Program-made: the position numbers and the translations under genes | Shown here: piece after piece, positions 1-9,435 of the stretch | Layout of the letters: every line of letters begins with the position of its first letter | How positions within the stretch are numbered: the stretch's first letter is position 1 | NCBI GenBank assembly: GCA_963664825.1 | Contig: OY761614.1 | Location: forward strand, 512,001 to 576,000 | Length of the DNA stretch: 64,000 nucleotides | Reading direction: 5' to 3' | Origin: an uncultured Holophaga sp. | Lineage (GTDB): Bacteria > Acidobacteriota > Holophagae > Holophagales > Holophagaceae | Notes under the pieces: generated by a model | Told to the model about the DNA's origin: nothing | Databases searched by the model: none | Seen by the model: only the letters and a program-made list of their open reading frames with translations

Positions 1-842
1 AAGGCGAGTTGAACAAAGGCGATGGCGTGATCGAGTTCGTCGTCGATGCTGAAGGTGAGACGTTCCAGATCGAAATCCATATCGGGTTTAAAGATCTCGT
101 AGAAGGCGGGCAATTCCTCCAGCGCCACCACCAGCGACTCGTCTCCGGGCCCATTGGGGATCCGCGTGCGCACCAGCAGATCGCTGAGGTAGATCAGATT
201 GGGAAGCAGGATGCCCTGGGGCGGCGCGTGGTGATCCCTGATGGCTTCCACGAAATCCCCAGGGAAGCTCCAGTTCTCGGCCACCATGGCGCCCACCTGG
301 GCGTGGGTGATGCCCAGCAGGCGCTGTTCGGCCTCCACGATGAATTCTCCCCTCTGAGAGGCTTCCACCACTGGGGCGTACTCGTCGGAGAAACAGTGAT
401 CCAGGGCGATCTTCCCAATGTCGTGGAGCAGGCCCGCCAGGAAGGCCGTCTCCCCCAGGTAGGAATTCCCCTGGAGGCGACAGATGGCCTTGGCCGTGAG
501 GGCCACGGCCACGGAGTGCTGCCAGAGCTGAATGGGGTCCAGGTGCGTCGAATCCCTGAAATTGCGGATGATGGATGCCGTGCGCCCCAGATTCAGGATG
601 GCGTCGAAACCCAGACGCAGCACGGCCGCTCGCAGATCGCTCACCTGCCCATCCCCGGAGTAGGCCACGGAATTGGCTAGGCGTAACATAGCCGCGGAGA
701 GCCCTGGATCCTTCGAGAGAATTCCCAGAATCCGATCCACCGTGCAGCGTTCGTCCTCCACGGCCTGTCCCAACCCGACCACCGTGGTGGGGAGGGTGGG
801 GAGGTCCCGTACCCGCTGTCGAATGAGATCGGAGGTGATCAT
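1..842 (-). CDS. HDOD-domain protein (runs off window start; not in ORF track)
   Basis: Manual translation from ATG at 842: MITSDLIRQRVRDLPTLPTTVVG..., ILRIANSMAY, LLHDIGK, WKPSG; HDOD/HD-like motifs; starts 2 nt after stop of upstream HDOD gene. Confidence 0.8.
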   Translation of the reverse strand, partial: MITSDLIRQRVRDLPTLPTTVVGLGQAVEDERCTVDRILGILSKDPGLSAAMLRLANSVAYSGDGQVSDLRAAVLRLGFDAILNLGRTASIIRNFRDSTHLDPIQLWQHSVAVALTAKAICRLQGNSYLGETAFLAGLLHDIGKIALDHCFSDEYAPVVEASQRGEFIVEAEQRLLGITHAQVGAMVAENWSFPGDFVEAIRDHHAPPQGILLPNLIYLSDLLVRTRIPNGPGDESLVVALEELPAFYEIFKPDMDFDLERLTFSIDDELDHAIAFVQLA

Positions 843-843
843 G

Positions 844-1692
844 TCAGAAGTCCGCGATGAGCGACTTGTCCATTTCAAGCGCTTCCAGGGCCGTATCCCG
901 GTGGGATTCCAGGGTCGCCTCGTCGATGCCTAGGATCTCCAGGGCCTCGGCGGTAGCCCCACTGAGGGATTCGGGCTTTCCTAAACCGATCTTCTGACTG
1001 AGGGCCATCTGGTTGCCCAGGGCCACCAGCGCCACGAGCTTGCGATGATCTGGGGAAGCCTGGAGCGGATCGTGGTGCCAGCGCGCGGCCTGCTCGATAC
1101 TGGAGGCGATATTCCAGGAATGAAGGAGAGCCTCCCCTACCATGGCGTGATCGAAGCCGAAGGTGTCCAGTTCCATGGATAGCCCGTCGGCCTGTTCGTT
1201 GTAGACGCTGCGGATCAAGGCGCCATAGCGGTCCGGAAACTTGAGGGACAGGACGCTCTTGCCGATGTCGTGCATCAGGCCCGCCAGGAACACTTCCTCG
1301 GTGCGGGCAAAGCGCAGGGCCCGGCCATAGGCCCGACCCGCCAGGGCCGAAACGAGGGCGTGTTCCCACATGAGCCGCTCTTGAAGGCCCGTGGTGCCCC
1401 GGTTGTAGAGGTTCTTGGCGCTGGAAGCGATGACGACACTCTTGATGGTGGAAAAACCCAGGGTCATGATCGCCTGAGTGAGGGTGGTCACCTCCCGCAT
1501 CATGCCGAACATGGCGGAATTGGCGATCTTCAGGATCTGCGCGGTGAGGGCCTGGTCGGTGCCGATGACCTTCTGGAGTTCGTCGGTGGAGGCGTCAGGA
1601 TCCGCGGCGATGCGCAAGACCTGGGCGGCCACCTGGGGCAGGGGCGGCAAGTCGCCAAGGTGCGCGATTAATTCCTGGGGTGTGATGGGCAT
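844..1692 (-). CDS. HDOD-domain signal transduction protein
   Basis: MPITPQELIAHLGDLPPLPQVA, ILKIANS, GLMHDIGK, FGFDHA, WHHDP; start reassigned to ATG at 1692. Confidence 0.85.
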   Translation of the reverse strand: MPITPQELIAHLGDLPPLPQVAAQVLRIAADPDASTDELQKVIGTDQALTAQILKIANSAMFGMMREVTTLTQAIMTLGFSTIKSVVIASSAKNLYNRGTTGLQERLMWEHALVSALAGRAYGRALRFARTEEVFLAGLMHDIGKSVLSLKFPDRYGALIRSVYNEQADGLSMELDTFGFDHAMVGEALLHSWNIASSIEQAARWHHDPLQASPDHRKLVALVALGNQMALSQKIGLGKPESLSGATAEALEILGIDEATLESHRDTALEALEMDKSLIADF

Positions 1693-1715
1693 TCGGTCAT
1701 TCCTCCCGGGGGGCT

Positions 1716-2573
1716 TCAAGGGCGCTTGCGGTAGCCCATGGCCTTGCTGAAGTGAAGCAGTTCGAAACCGGTATTGAAACTGTGAATGGATTCGCTGTGG
1801 CCCACGAGCAGGTAGGCCTTGGGTTGGAGCTGCTCGTGGAATCCCTTGATGACCTTGGCTTTCACGGCCTCGTCGAAATAGATGAGCACATTCCGACAGA
1901 AGATCACATCGAAGGCTCCCAGGGACTTGTAGCCAGGCCAATCCACCAGGTTGAAGTTCTTGAGGGTGACCAGGGCCTTGAGTTCTGGCTTGACCTCGAA
2001 GGCATCTGGACCGCTTTGATTGAAGTGGGCCTTGAGCTGGAGGGGGGTCAGGTTGCGCAGCGTATAGGCGCCGTACGCGCCCTCCCGGGCCAGGGACAGC
2101 ACCTTCTCGCTGATATCGGTGGCGAGGATCTCCGTGGTCATGCCCTTGAGGACCGTGTCCCGGACCTCCTGGCAGATCATGGCCAGGGTGTAGGGTTCCT
2201 CCCCCGAGGAGCATGCCGCGCTCCAGATGCGGAAGCGGTTGGCCCCGCGCTCCCGTGCCTGTTTGACGGCATCGGGCAGCACGAGTTTCTGGAAGGCCTC
2301 AATCTGGGGGGGGTTGCGCCAGAAGCTGGTCTCGTTGGTGGTGATCTCCACGAAGAGCTGTTTGAGCTCCTCCCGCCCCTTGGCCCCCTGGAGCAGGTCC
2401 AGGTAGTCCCGATAGCCCCGCAGCGCCAGATCCCCCAGGCGCCGTTGCAGCCGGTTCTCGAGGAAATACTGCTTGGATTCGTTGAAGAAGATCCCGGTCT
2501 GAGCGTAGATGAAATCCCGCAGCCCCAGAAATTCCGGGCTGGTCATGAGCGGGCTGGTGGCAGGCAGGGCCAT
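1716..2573 (-). CDS. cheR: Chemotaxis protein-glutamate O-methyltransferase
   Basis: TTNETSFWR, IWSAACSSGEEPY, ATDIS, FDVIFCRNVLIYF, GHSES. Confidence 0.95.
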   Translation of the reverse strand: MALPATSPLMTSPEFLGLRDFIYAQTGIFFNESKQYFLENRLQRRLGDLALRGYRDYLDLLQGAKGREELKQLFVEITTNETSFWRNPPQIEAFQKLVLPDAVKQARERGANRFRIWSAACSSGEEPYTLAMICQEVRDTVLKGMTTEILATDISEKVLSLAREGAYGAYTLRNLTPLQLKAHFNQSGPDAFEVKPELKALVTLKNFNLVDWPGYKSLGAFDVIFCRNVLIYFDEAVKAKVIKGFHEQLQPKAYLLVGHSESIHSFNTGFELLHFSKAMGYRKRP

Positions 2574-2595
2574 GGGTTCTTATCCAAGATGAAGA

Positions 2596-2622
2596 ATCGG
2601 CCGATTCGGACCCGGCATTAAT
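2596..2622 (-). promoter_or_regulatory. Possible sigma28 (FliA)-type promoter of cheR
   Basis: Minus strand TAAT-N15-GCCGATTC resembles TAAA-N15-GCCGATAA, upstream of a chemotaxis gene. Confidence 0.35.
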
Positions 2623-3002
2623 TAGGAGCTTTGAGGATCCCCCTCCAGGATCACGACTGCAAGGGCGAAACCCGCATCGTGGGTGACCGTCCCGTGCAAA
2701 CGTAGAATTTTTCGGGCGGCCAGCTGTGCCGCCAAGGCACCTTCTGCCCAGAGTTTCCCATCCCGGTAGCGCAGTTCCTTCCAGGACCAGCCATCCAGGC
2801 CGACTCCCAGGGCCTTGCCGAAGGCTTCCCGGAGAGCCCACCGGCCCGCGAGGCGCTCGGAAAGCCGCTGAGGGTTCCCCTTCAGCAGGTAGGCCGCCTC
2901 TTCTGGAGCCAGGATGCGATGGACGGGCTTCTCCCCGTAGCGTTCCAGGAGACGGGCCCATCGGGCCGGAGGGCAGAGATCGGTGCCAAGGCCCAGGATC
3001 AT
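2622..3002 (-). CDS. acpS: Holo-[acyl-carrier-protein] synthase
   Basis: MILGLGTDL, LAGRWALREAFGKALG, TVTHD; 126 aa. Confidence 0.9.
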   Translation of the reverse strand: MILGLGTDLCPPARWARLLERYGEKPVHRILAPEEAAYLLKGNPQRLSERLAGRWALREAFGKALGVGLDGWSWKELRYRDGKLWAEGALAAQLAARKILRLHGTVTHDAGFALAVVILEGDPQSS

Positions 3003-3076
3003 GGGCGCTCCAGGGCTGCACAGACGGGAGCGGCCACCGGGCCCAGGATCGAGCTTTTGGGTATGTCCTCAGACAT
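2999..3076 (-). CDS. Putative 25-aa leader ORF coupled to acpS (MSEDIPKSSILGPVAAPVCAALERP)
   Basis: GAGGA Shine-Dalgarno-like motif before ATG; stop overlaps acpS start as ATGA. Confidence 0.35.
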   Translation of the reverse strand: MSEDIPKSSILGPVAAPVCAALERP

Positions 3077-3185
3077 GGGATTCCTCACGGGAAGTGTCGA
3101 TTCTACGCGACTCTGCGCTTGTGACGGGGAACACTCCACTTGTGACCCCATGCACACGGAGCGGAATCAATACTTCAGCCATCGG

Positions 3186-3208
3186 GCACCCGCCGGGTGC
3201 TTTTTTTT
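3186..3208 (+). terminator. Intrinsic terminator in the leader of the oxidoreductase operon
   Basis: GCACCC-GCC-GGGTGC followed by T8, 35 nt upstream of ATG 3244; no plus-strand gene upstream. Confidence 0.6.
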
Positions 3209-3243
3209 GGCGCGTGAAACTTCCACTTTCGAGGAGCGTGCGA

Positions 3244-4638
3244 ATGGCTCAAGTGAAGGAAAGACCCAAACCTTTCCTAGTCTCCGATTACTGCAAGGGC
3301 TGCGGCCGCTGCGTGAGTGTCTGCGTGAAGGGTTGCATCGCCTTCGCAGACGAGATCAATCCCACCACCGGCGTGGTTCCAGTGGTCCTGGACCTGGAGA
3401 AGTGCACAGGCTGCGGCCTCTGCATCGATGCCTGCCCCGAACCCTATGGCCTGAAGGCCAGGTTGGAAGGCGTGGACTACGAACTCCAGGATCCCGCCAA
3501 GCTCTTCGGCGAGAAGCACAGTGAAGCCCCGGAGCCCGTGGAGGTCCCCGGCGAGCGACTCCCCCTGCCCGCCACCCAACCCATGGTCATCAAGGGCAAC
3601 TATGCCTCGGCCATCGGCGCGATCCTGGCAGGCTGTCGCCACGTCTTCGGCTACCCCATCACCCCCTCCACCGAGGGCGCCGAATTGATGGCCAAGCTCA
3701 TGCCCAAGCTGGACGGCGTCTTCCTTCAGGCGGTCTCCGAAGTCGCCACCGTGAACCACATGTATGGCACCGGCGGCGCCGGCCTGCCCACCATGACCTT
3801 CACCTCCAGCCCCGGGTTCTCCCTGATGCTGGAAGGCGTCAGCTACATGATCGGCGCCGAAGTGCCGGCCGTCTTCGTCAACGTGATGCGCGGCGGCCCC
3901 GGCCTTGGCAACATCGCCCCCGAGCAGGCCGACGTGAAGCTGGCCTGCCACGGACTGGGCCATGGCCACACCCACGCCATCAGCCTCATGCCCAGCACCC
4001 CCCAGGAGATGCTCGATCTCACGATGCTGGCCTTCGAGCTCACCTTCAAATACCGCAACCCGGTGCTCATCCTGGCGGACGGCTATCTGGGCCAGATGAC
4101 CGGCAAGGTCACCCTGCCCACCGAAATGATCAAGCCCGGCATCCCCGCCTGGGCAGTCTATGGGGATCGCAATCACCGCAAGAACCTCATCTCCTCCATC
4201 CAGCTCATGGAATCCGATCTGGAGAAGTTCAACGGCTACCTGGAGAACAAGTACAAATCCATGGAAGCCGAGGCTCGCTCGGAATCCTTCCTGGCCGATG
4301 ACGCCGAGGTGCTGTTGGTGGCCTGCAACACGCCGGCCCGGGCCGCCAAGGGCGCCGTGCAGAACCTGCGGGACATGGGCATCAAGGCGGGACTCTTCCG
4401 CCCCATCACCATCTGGCCCTTCCCCACCCAGCAGCTCATGGCCCATCTGCCTCACATCAAGCGCATCGTGATGGTGGAAGCCAACATCGGTGGCCAGATC
4501 GAGAACGAACTGCGCCTTTCCCTGAACCTCGCCGGGGTCGAGAAAATGCCCCCCATCACGCACGTTCGTCGCTCCGGCGGCATGCTCCCGCAGCAGGCCG
4601 ATGTCGTCGAACACGTGAAGTCCATCCTCGGCAAGTAA
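3244..4638 (+). CDS. 2-oxoacid:ferredoxin oxidoreductase, fused delta (2x[4Fe-4S]) + alpha subunit (Vor/Kor type)
   Basis: CKGCGRCVSVC and CTGCGLCIDACP ferredoxin motifs; GYPITPSTE, SSPGFSLM, RGGPGLG; RBS GAGGAG before ATG 3244. Confidence 0.9.
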   Translation: MAQVKERPKPFLVSDYCKGCGRCVSVCVKGCIAFADEINPTTGVVPVVLDLEKCTGCGLCIDACPEPYGLKARLEGVDYELQDPAKLFGEKHSEAPEPVEVPGERLPLPATQPMVIKGNYASAIGAILAGCRHVFGYPITPSTEGAELMAKLMPKLDGVFLQAVSEVATVNHMYGTGGAGLPTMTFTSSPGFSLMLEGVSYMIGAEVPAVFVNVMRGGPGLGNIAPEQADVKLACHGLGHGHTHAISLMPSTPQEMLDLTMLAFELTFKYRNPVLILADGYLGQMTGKVTLPTEMIKPGIPAWAVYGDRNHRKNLISSIQLMESDLEKFNGYLENKYKSMEAEARSESFLADDAEVLLVACNTPARAAKGAVQNLRDMGIKAGLFRPITIWPFPTQQLMAHLPHIKRIVMVEANIGGQIENELRLSLNLAGVEKMPPITHVRRSGGMLPQQADVVEHVKSILGK

Positions 4639-4648
4639 GGAGCTCCGA

Positions 4649-6082
4649 ATGTCGAACGTCTTCTACAAGAGATTCGAACGTCACGCCCACGGCGAAGGCC
4701 TCAAGGGACAGAGCACCCACTACTGCGCCGGATGTGGGCACGGACTGGCCCACAAGTATCTGGCAGACGCCATCGAGGAACTGGATATCCAGGACACCAC
4801 GGTGCTCGTGAACCCCGTGGGCTGCTCGGTATTCGCCTACTACTACATCGACACCGGCAACACCCAGGCCGCCCATGGCCGTGCCCCCGCGGTGGCCCTG
4901 GGCCACAAGATGGCCAACCCTGCCGCGACTGTCATCTCCTATCAGGGGGATGGCGATCTGGCCTCCATCGGCCTGGCAGAGACCATCTCTGCCGCCCAGC
5001 TGGGCGCGCCCATCACCGTCATTTTCATCAACAACGCCATCTACGGCATGACCGGCGGCCAGATGGCCCCCACCACACTGATGGGCCAGGTGACCGCGAC
5101 CACCCCCAATGGCCGCAACGAGTACAACGGCGTGCCCATCAAGATGGCCGAACTCATCGCCCAGCTCGATGGTCCCGTGTATGTCGAGCGCGTGGCCCTC
5201 TTCAGCCCCGCCGAACGCAGGAAGGCCGCCAAGGCCATCAAGAAGGCCATCCAGATCCAGAAGGAAGGCCGAGGCTACGCCTTCATCGAAGTGCTCTCCG
5301 AATGCCCCACCCATCTGCGCATGACGCCCGAAAAGGCCCAGGCCTGGGTCAAGGACAGCATGACCCAGATCTTCCCCCTGGGCGTGAAGAAGGACAATAC
5401 CGTCGAGCCCTGGTTCAAGCTCAATAAGCCCAGTTTCGACGCCAAGACCTTCAATAAGGCCGTGGGCACCTCCACCGAGGCCGCCAGTCGCCACTGCAAG
5501 GGCTTCCCCACCCACATCAACCCCTCCGATATCAGCCTCAAGCTGGCCGGTTCCGGGGGAGACGGGGCCCAGACGGCGGCCCTGCTCATCGCCACCGCGG
5601 CCATCAATGAAGGCTTCGATGGCACCCACATCCCGGCCTATGGCCCGGAGAGCCGAGGCGGCACGAGCTACGCCGATGTGCACGTGGCCAAGGACGAGGT
5701 GCTCAACCCCGCCAGCCCAGAGCCCGATATCTTCCTGGCCTTCAATGCCCCCAGCCTCGCCAAGTTCGGCCCCACGGTGAAGAAGGGCGGCTGCATCATC
5801 TACGACAATTCCATCGCCAAGGATGTGAAGCCGATGGATCCAAGCATCCGGGTGGTGGGCGTGCCCTTCACGGAGATCGCGGCGGGTCTGGGCAACCTGG
5901 TGGTGAAGAATATCGTCGCCCTGGGCGCCCTCCAGGCCGCCACGGAGATCTTCCCCAAGGAGACCATCATGGCCGCCATCAAGCAGGCCCTGAAGGACAA
6001 GGCCAAGCTGATCCCCTTGAACGAGAAGGCCCTGGAGGCCGGCATGCAGGCCGCCAAGGACTTCATGGCAGCCCACAAATAA
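4649..6082 (+). CDS. 2-oxoacid:ferredoxin oxidoreductase, fused beta (TPP-binding) + gamma subunit
   Basis: YCAGCGH, GDGD...NN TPP motif, YGMTGGQ; gamma-type AGSGGDG, YGPESRGG, NIVALG. Confidence 0.9.
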   Translation: MSNVFYKRFERHAHGEGLKGQSTHYCAGCGHGLAHKYLADAIEELDIQDTTVLVNPVGCSVFAYYYIDTGNTQAAHGRAPAVALGHKMANPAATVISYQGDGDLASIGLAETISAAQLGAPITVIFINNAIYGMTGGQMAPTTLMGQVTATTPNGRNEYNGVPIKMAELIAQLDGPVYVERVALFSPAERRKAAKAIKKAIQIQKEGRGYAFIEVLSECPTHLRMTPEKAQAWVKDSMTQIFPLGVKKDNTVEPWFKLNKPSFDAKTFNKAVGTSTEAASRHCKGFPTHINPSDISLKLAGSGGDGAQTAALLIATAAINEGFDGTHIPAYGPESRGGTSYADVHVAKDEVLNPASPEPDIFLAFNAPSLAKFGPTVKKGGCIIYDNSIAKDVKPMDPSIRVVGVPFTEIAAGLGNLVVKNIVALGALQAATEIFPKETIMAAIKQALKDKAKLIPLNEKALEAGMQAAKDFMAAHK

Positions 6083-6100
6083 CGGGCTTCGCCCGTTATG

Positions 6101-6128
6101 AAAAGCCCGGCGAAAGCCGGGCTTTTTT
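6101..6128. terminator. Bidirectional intrinsic terminator
   Basis: AAAAGCCCGGC-GAAA-GCCGGGCTTTTTT between convergent genes. Confidence 0.85.
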
Positions 6129-6143
6129 GTAGAACCTTGCGTC

Positions 6144-6221
6144 CTAGCGTAGGGCCGCCTTCAGGGCCGCGCTGCGATCGGTCTTCTCCCAGCTGAACTC
6201 GGCGCGGCCGAAGTGACCATA
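6144..6221 (-). repeat. Diverged second copy of the metK 3' end (25 codons + stop)
   Basis: 61/78 nt and 22/25 aa identical to 6328-6405; both copies followed by GACGC. Confidence 0.95.
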
Positions 6222-6327
6222 GGGCGGGACCCGCTCTGCGAGGGCCATGGCCCGAGCAGGAGGACGCGCCCAAAGGCGCGTCCGATCGCGGGGTAGCAAG
6301 CCCGCGCGCTCAAGCGGCGTAGGCGTC

Positions 6328-7470
6328 CTACCTCACTGCGGCCTTCAGCGCCGCGATCTTGTCCGTCTTCTCCCAACTGAACTCGGCGCGGCCAAAGTGG
6401 CCGTAGGACGCCGTGGACTGGTAGATGGGACGCCTCAGATCCAGGGCCTCGATCATGGCCTTGGGCGTGCAGCTGAAGACCTCCCGCACGGCCTTCACGA
6501 TGGCCTCGTCGGCCACATGGTTGGTGCCGAAGGTGTCTACGCTCACAGATACCGGTTCGGCCACGCCAATGGCGTAGGCCAGTTGCAGCTCGCACTTGTC
6601 GGCCAGACCGGCGGCCACGATATTCTTGGCAATGTAGCGCCCCATATAGGCCGCGGAGCGATCCACCTTGCTGGGATCCTTGCCGCTGAAGGCGCCGCCT
6701 CCGTGGTGGCCCGCGCCGCCATAGGTATCGACGATGATCTTGCGGCCCGTGAGTCCGCAGTCTCCCATAGGCCCCCCAATGACGAAGCGGCCCGTGGGGT
6801 TGATGTAGATCTTGGTCTTGGCGTCCAGCAGGTTCTCAGGCAGCGCGTAGCGGATGACCAGTTTCTCGATCTCCGCATGGAGGGTGGCATTGGTGATGGC
6901 ATCGTCATGCTGAGTGCTCACCACCACCGCATCGATGCGCTTGACCTTGTCGCCATCGTATTCCACGGTCACCTGGGACTTGCCGTCCGGGCGCAGCCAG
7001 GGCAGCAAACCATCCTTGCGGACCTCCGCGAGGCGCCGGGTGAGGCTATGGGCGTATTCGATGGCCGCAGGCATCAGCTCCGGAGTCTCCCGGGTGGCGT
7101 ACCCGAACATCAGGCCCTGGTCCCCGGCTCCTCCCGTGTCCACCCCCATGGCGATATCGGGACTCTGCTGATCCAGGGCCACCACCACACCGCAGGTCTG
7201 GCAGTCGAAACCCTTGGCGCTATGGTCGTAGCCGATGCCCCGGACCACCTCGCGCACGAGTTGGGCCACGGGAATGTAGGTCTGGGTGGTGATCTCGCCG
7301 GCTACCACTACCAGCCCGGTGGTGATGAGAGTCTCACAGGCCACTCGGCTCATGGCGTCATCGCCCAAGGCCGCATCCAGCACCGCATCGCTGATCTGAT
7401 CGGCCATCTTGTCGGGATGGCCTTCTGTGACGCTCTCGGAGGTGAACAGATGCCTGCCGGTCTTCGCCAT
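6328..7470 (-). CDS. metK: S-adenosylmethionine synthetase
   Basis: [44 protein letters not shown] before ATG at 7470. Confidence 0.98.
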   Translation of the reverse strand: MAKTGRHLFTSESVTEGHPDKMADQISDAVLDAALGDDAMSRVACETLITTGLVVVAGEITTQTYIPVAQLVREVVRGIGYDHSAKGFDCQTCGVVVALDQQSPDIAMGVDTGGAGDQGLMFGYATRETPELMPAAIEYAHSLTRRLAEVRKDGLLPWLRPDGKSQVTVEYDGDKVKRIDAVVVSTQHDDAITNATLHAEIEKLVIRYALPENLLDAKTKIYINPTGRFVIGGPMGDCGLTGRKIIVDTYGGAGHHGGGAFSGKDPSKVDRSAAYMGRYIAKNIVAAGLADKCELQLAYAIGVAEPVSVSVDTFGTNHVADEAIVKAVREVFSCTPKAMIEALDLRRPIYQSTASYGHFGRAEFSWEKTDKIAALKAAVR

Positions 7471-7622
7471 ACTTTTCTCCTTTACGTCTCCATTGACCTT
7501 GGATGCTCGGACGCCGGAGGCGGTACAGCATATCAGGGCGAGGCATTTCTCCCCCCGGGCAGCCCTGGTATGGTAGGGAAACCTCAACCGTCGACATCCG
7601 ACCCTTTCCAACGGAGCGTCCC

Positions 7623-8765
7623 ATGACCCTGAACCGCTTTACCCGACATCTGATCGGCGCTTTGGCCGTCGCCATGCTTGTCCTGGCCCCAGCCTGCGGC
7701 AAGAAGGGCCCCGAGGAGCCCAAGGAGTTCAAGGACATCACCCAGAAGGTCGGGGAGATGGACAAGCTGAGCCAGAAGCAGAACGCGGTTGGCCAGGAGC
7801 AGGCCCAGAAGCTCAAGGAGGCCGGTGTCACCGACATCAAGCCCGGCGAGACCATGCAGCTCACAGAGGAGCAGAAGAAGGCCCTGGAAGACCGCATCAA
7901 GGCCGAGAAAAACAGCTCCTACCAGGCCCTCCTCCAGGAAGTCCTAGACAAGGACAAGGAGATCAAGGACCTCAACGAGAAGATCACCAAGCTCCGCGCC
8001 CAGCTCCCCAAGCCCGATATGGCCAAGGAGGGCGATAGCCACTACGCCATGGCCCTGCACTTCCTGCGTAAGAAGGGCGTGAAGGAGACCGAGGCCAAGC
8101 GCCTCATCAGCCGCGTCAACATCATGGAGAAACTGGCCAAGGGCTTCGAGGTCTACCACTTCTATAGCAACGGCGTCTACGGCACCTGGGTCAGCCAGGG
8201 CAGGGCCAAGATCAGCCCCAACGATCTGATCCGGGAAGAGCGCGAAAAGGTCGAGGGCGAACGCGACACCGCCATGGCCCATGGCGAAGTGCTCCAGGAT
8301 GAAGTGAACGATCTGCTTTCCCAGAAGGCCAAGATCACCTCCGAGATCGAGGGCCTCCGCAGCGAAAAGGCCAAGCTCATCAACGATATGAACGCCCTCT
8401 CCGCCACCAACGAGCAGCAGAAGTCCAAGCTCAATAGCCTCCACTACGTGGTCGGCGACCGCAAGCAGTTGGAGAAGAGCGGCGTGATCATCGTCCCCGT
8501 CTTCGCCAAGGACCGCGCCGGCAAGAACTGGAAGGACGATGTCTTCAACAAATCCCTGGACCTCCGCTCCAACGACACCATCACCATCCATGCCAGCGAG
8601 ATCGGCCTCAAGCAGATCGGCAAGGTGAGCGTGGTGCCCGGCTCCTATGTCAAGGACGAGCACTACAAGGTGACGATCAGCCCCGATAAGGCCTCCGCCA
8701 CCGTCAAGCTCATCACCAAGGAGCGCTTCAAGAACGACAAGGTCGTCTTCGCCGTCACCGACTAA
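7623..8765 (+). CDS. Lipoprotein with coiled-coil segments, unknown function
   Basis: Signal peptide with lipobox LAPAC; K/E-rich heptad stretches; strongly biased native codon usage. Confidence 0.75.
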   Translation: MTLNRFTRHLIGALAVAMLVLAPACGKKGPEEPKEFKDITQKVGEMDKLSQKQNAVGQEQAQKLKEAGVTDIKPGETMQLTEEQKKALEDRIKAEKNSSYQALLQEVLDKDKEIKDLNEKITKLRAQLPKPDMAKEGDSHYAMALHFLRKKGVKETEAKRLISRVNIMEKLAKGFEVYHFYSNGVYGTWVSQGRAKISPNDLIREEREKVEGERDTAMAHGEVLQDEVNDLLSQKAKITSEIEGLRSEKAKLINDMNALSATNEQQKSKLNSLHYVVGDRKQLEKSGVIIVPVFAKDRAGKNWKDDVFNKSLDLRSNDTITIHASEIGLKQIGKVSVVPGSYVKDEHYKVTISPDKASATVKLITKERFKNDKVVFAVTD

Positions 8766-8772
8766 TGCTGTA

Positions 8773-8815
8773 AAGGAGGGACCGCCTGCTCACTGCGTTC
8801 GCGACGTCCCCCCTT
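8773..8815. repeat. REP-like palindrome, copy 1
   Basis: AAGGAGGGACCGCCTGCTCACTGCGTTCGCGACGTCCCCCCTT, closely similar to 51930-51972. Confidence 0.75.
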
Positions 8816-8850
8816 CACGTCCGCTCCGCCCATCGAGGGACCGCCTGATG

Positions 8851-8877
8851 GAAAGCCCCCGATTCCGGGGGCTTTTC
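8851..8877. terminator. Bidirectional intrinsic terminator
   Basis: GAAAGCCCCCG-ATTC-CGGGGGCTTTTC between convergent genes. Confidence 0.8.
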
Positions 8878-8900
8878 GTTGGAAGGGGCGGCTCCCTGCT

Positions 8901-9317
8901 TCAGTTCACAATCTTGATGCGCCTGGGTGCAGGCGGGCGAGGGGTGTCCTTGCCCACCAGGATGCGCTCCAGGAGGCCCGCGACCACGCTGGTCACCAGG
9001 GCGCCGAAGAAACCCGCCCAGAAGCTATCCACACGGAAGCCCAGGCCCAGTTTGGTGGAGAGATTGCCCACCAGCCAGAAAACCAGGCCATTGATCACCA
9101 TGCTGAAGCAGCCCAGGGAACACGCCACGGGAATGAAGGCGATGAACTTCAGGAGAACCCCCAGGGTCGCGTTCAGGACACCCAGGAGCACGGCCACCAC
9201 GATCAGTTCCAGGAAGCTGCCCCTGTGGAGCCCGCTCACCAGGGCCGAAGCGATCAGGAGGCCGATGGCCGAGAAGAGGAAACGGAGGATCGTGCGCAGA
9301 TTACCCATGCGTTCCAT
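8901..9317 (-). CDS. Phage holin family (YvlD/DUF360-like) membrane protein
   Basis: Four hydrophobic helices; LLGVLNA, SLGCFSMVINGLVFWL, GFRVDSFWAGFFGAL; start uncertain (9308 or 9317). Confidence 0.8.
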   Translation of the reverse strand: MERMGNLRTILRFLFSAIGLLIASALVSGLHRGSFLELIVVAVLLGVLNATLGVLLKFIAFIPVACSLGCFSMVINGLVFWLVGNLSTKLGLGFRVDSFWAGFFGALVTSVVAGLLERILVGKDTPRPPAPRRIKIVN

Positions 9318-9435
9318 GATCGCGGAAAACAACTCCAGGGGAAATCCGTTGTACGAACCCTGGGCGCGGGCCCCAAGAGCATTTCCAAATCGGCCCAAGC
9401 CGCCTATCCTCAATAGGACTTAGGGGCCACCCTCG

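Noticed and set aside
6144..6405. Diversity-generating retroelement (TR/VR pair with hairpin)
   Set aside because: Mismatches are not adenine-specific (mostly C/T and G/C third positions), targets are housekeeping genes, and no reverse transcriptase is in the window.
7471..7622. SAM riboswitch upstream of metK
   Set aside because: No S-box or SAM-II consensus; the region is short and shared with a divergent gene.
8901..9317. Prophage lysis module
   Set aside because: This holin-family membrane protein is common in chromosomes; no endolysin or other phage genes are nearby.
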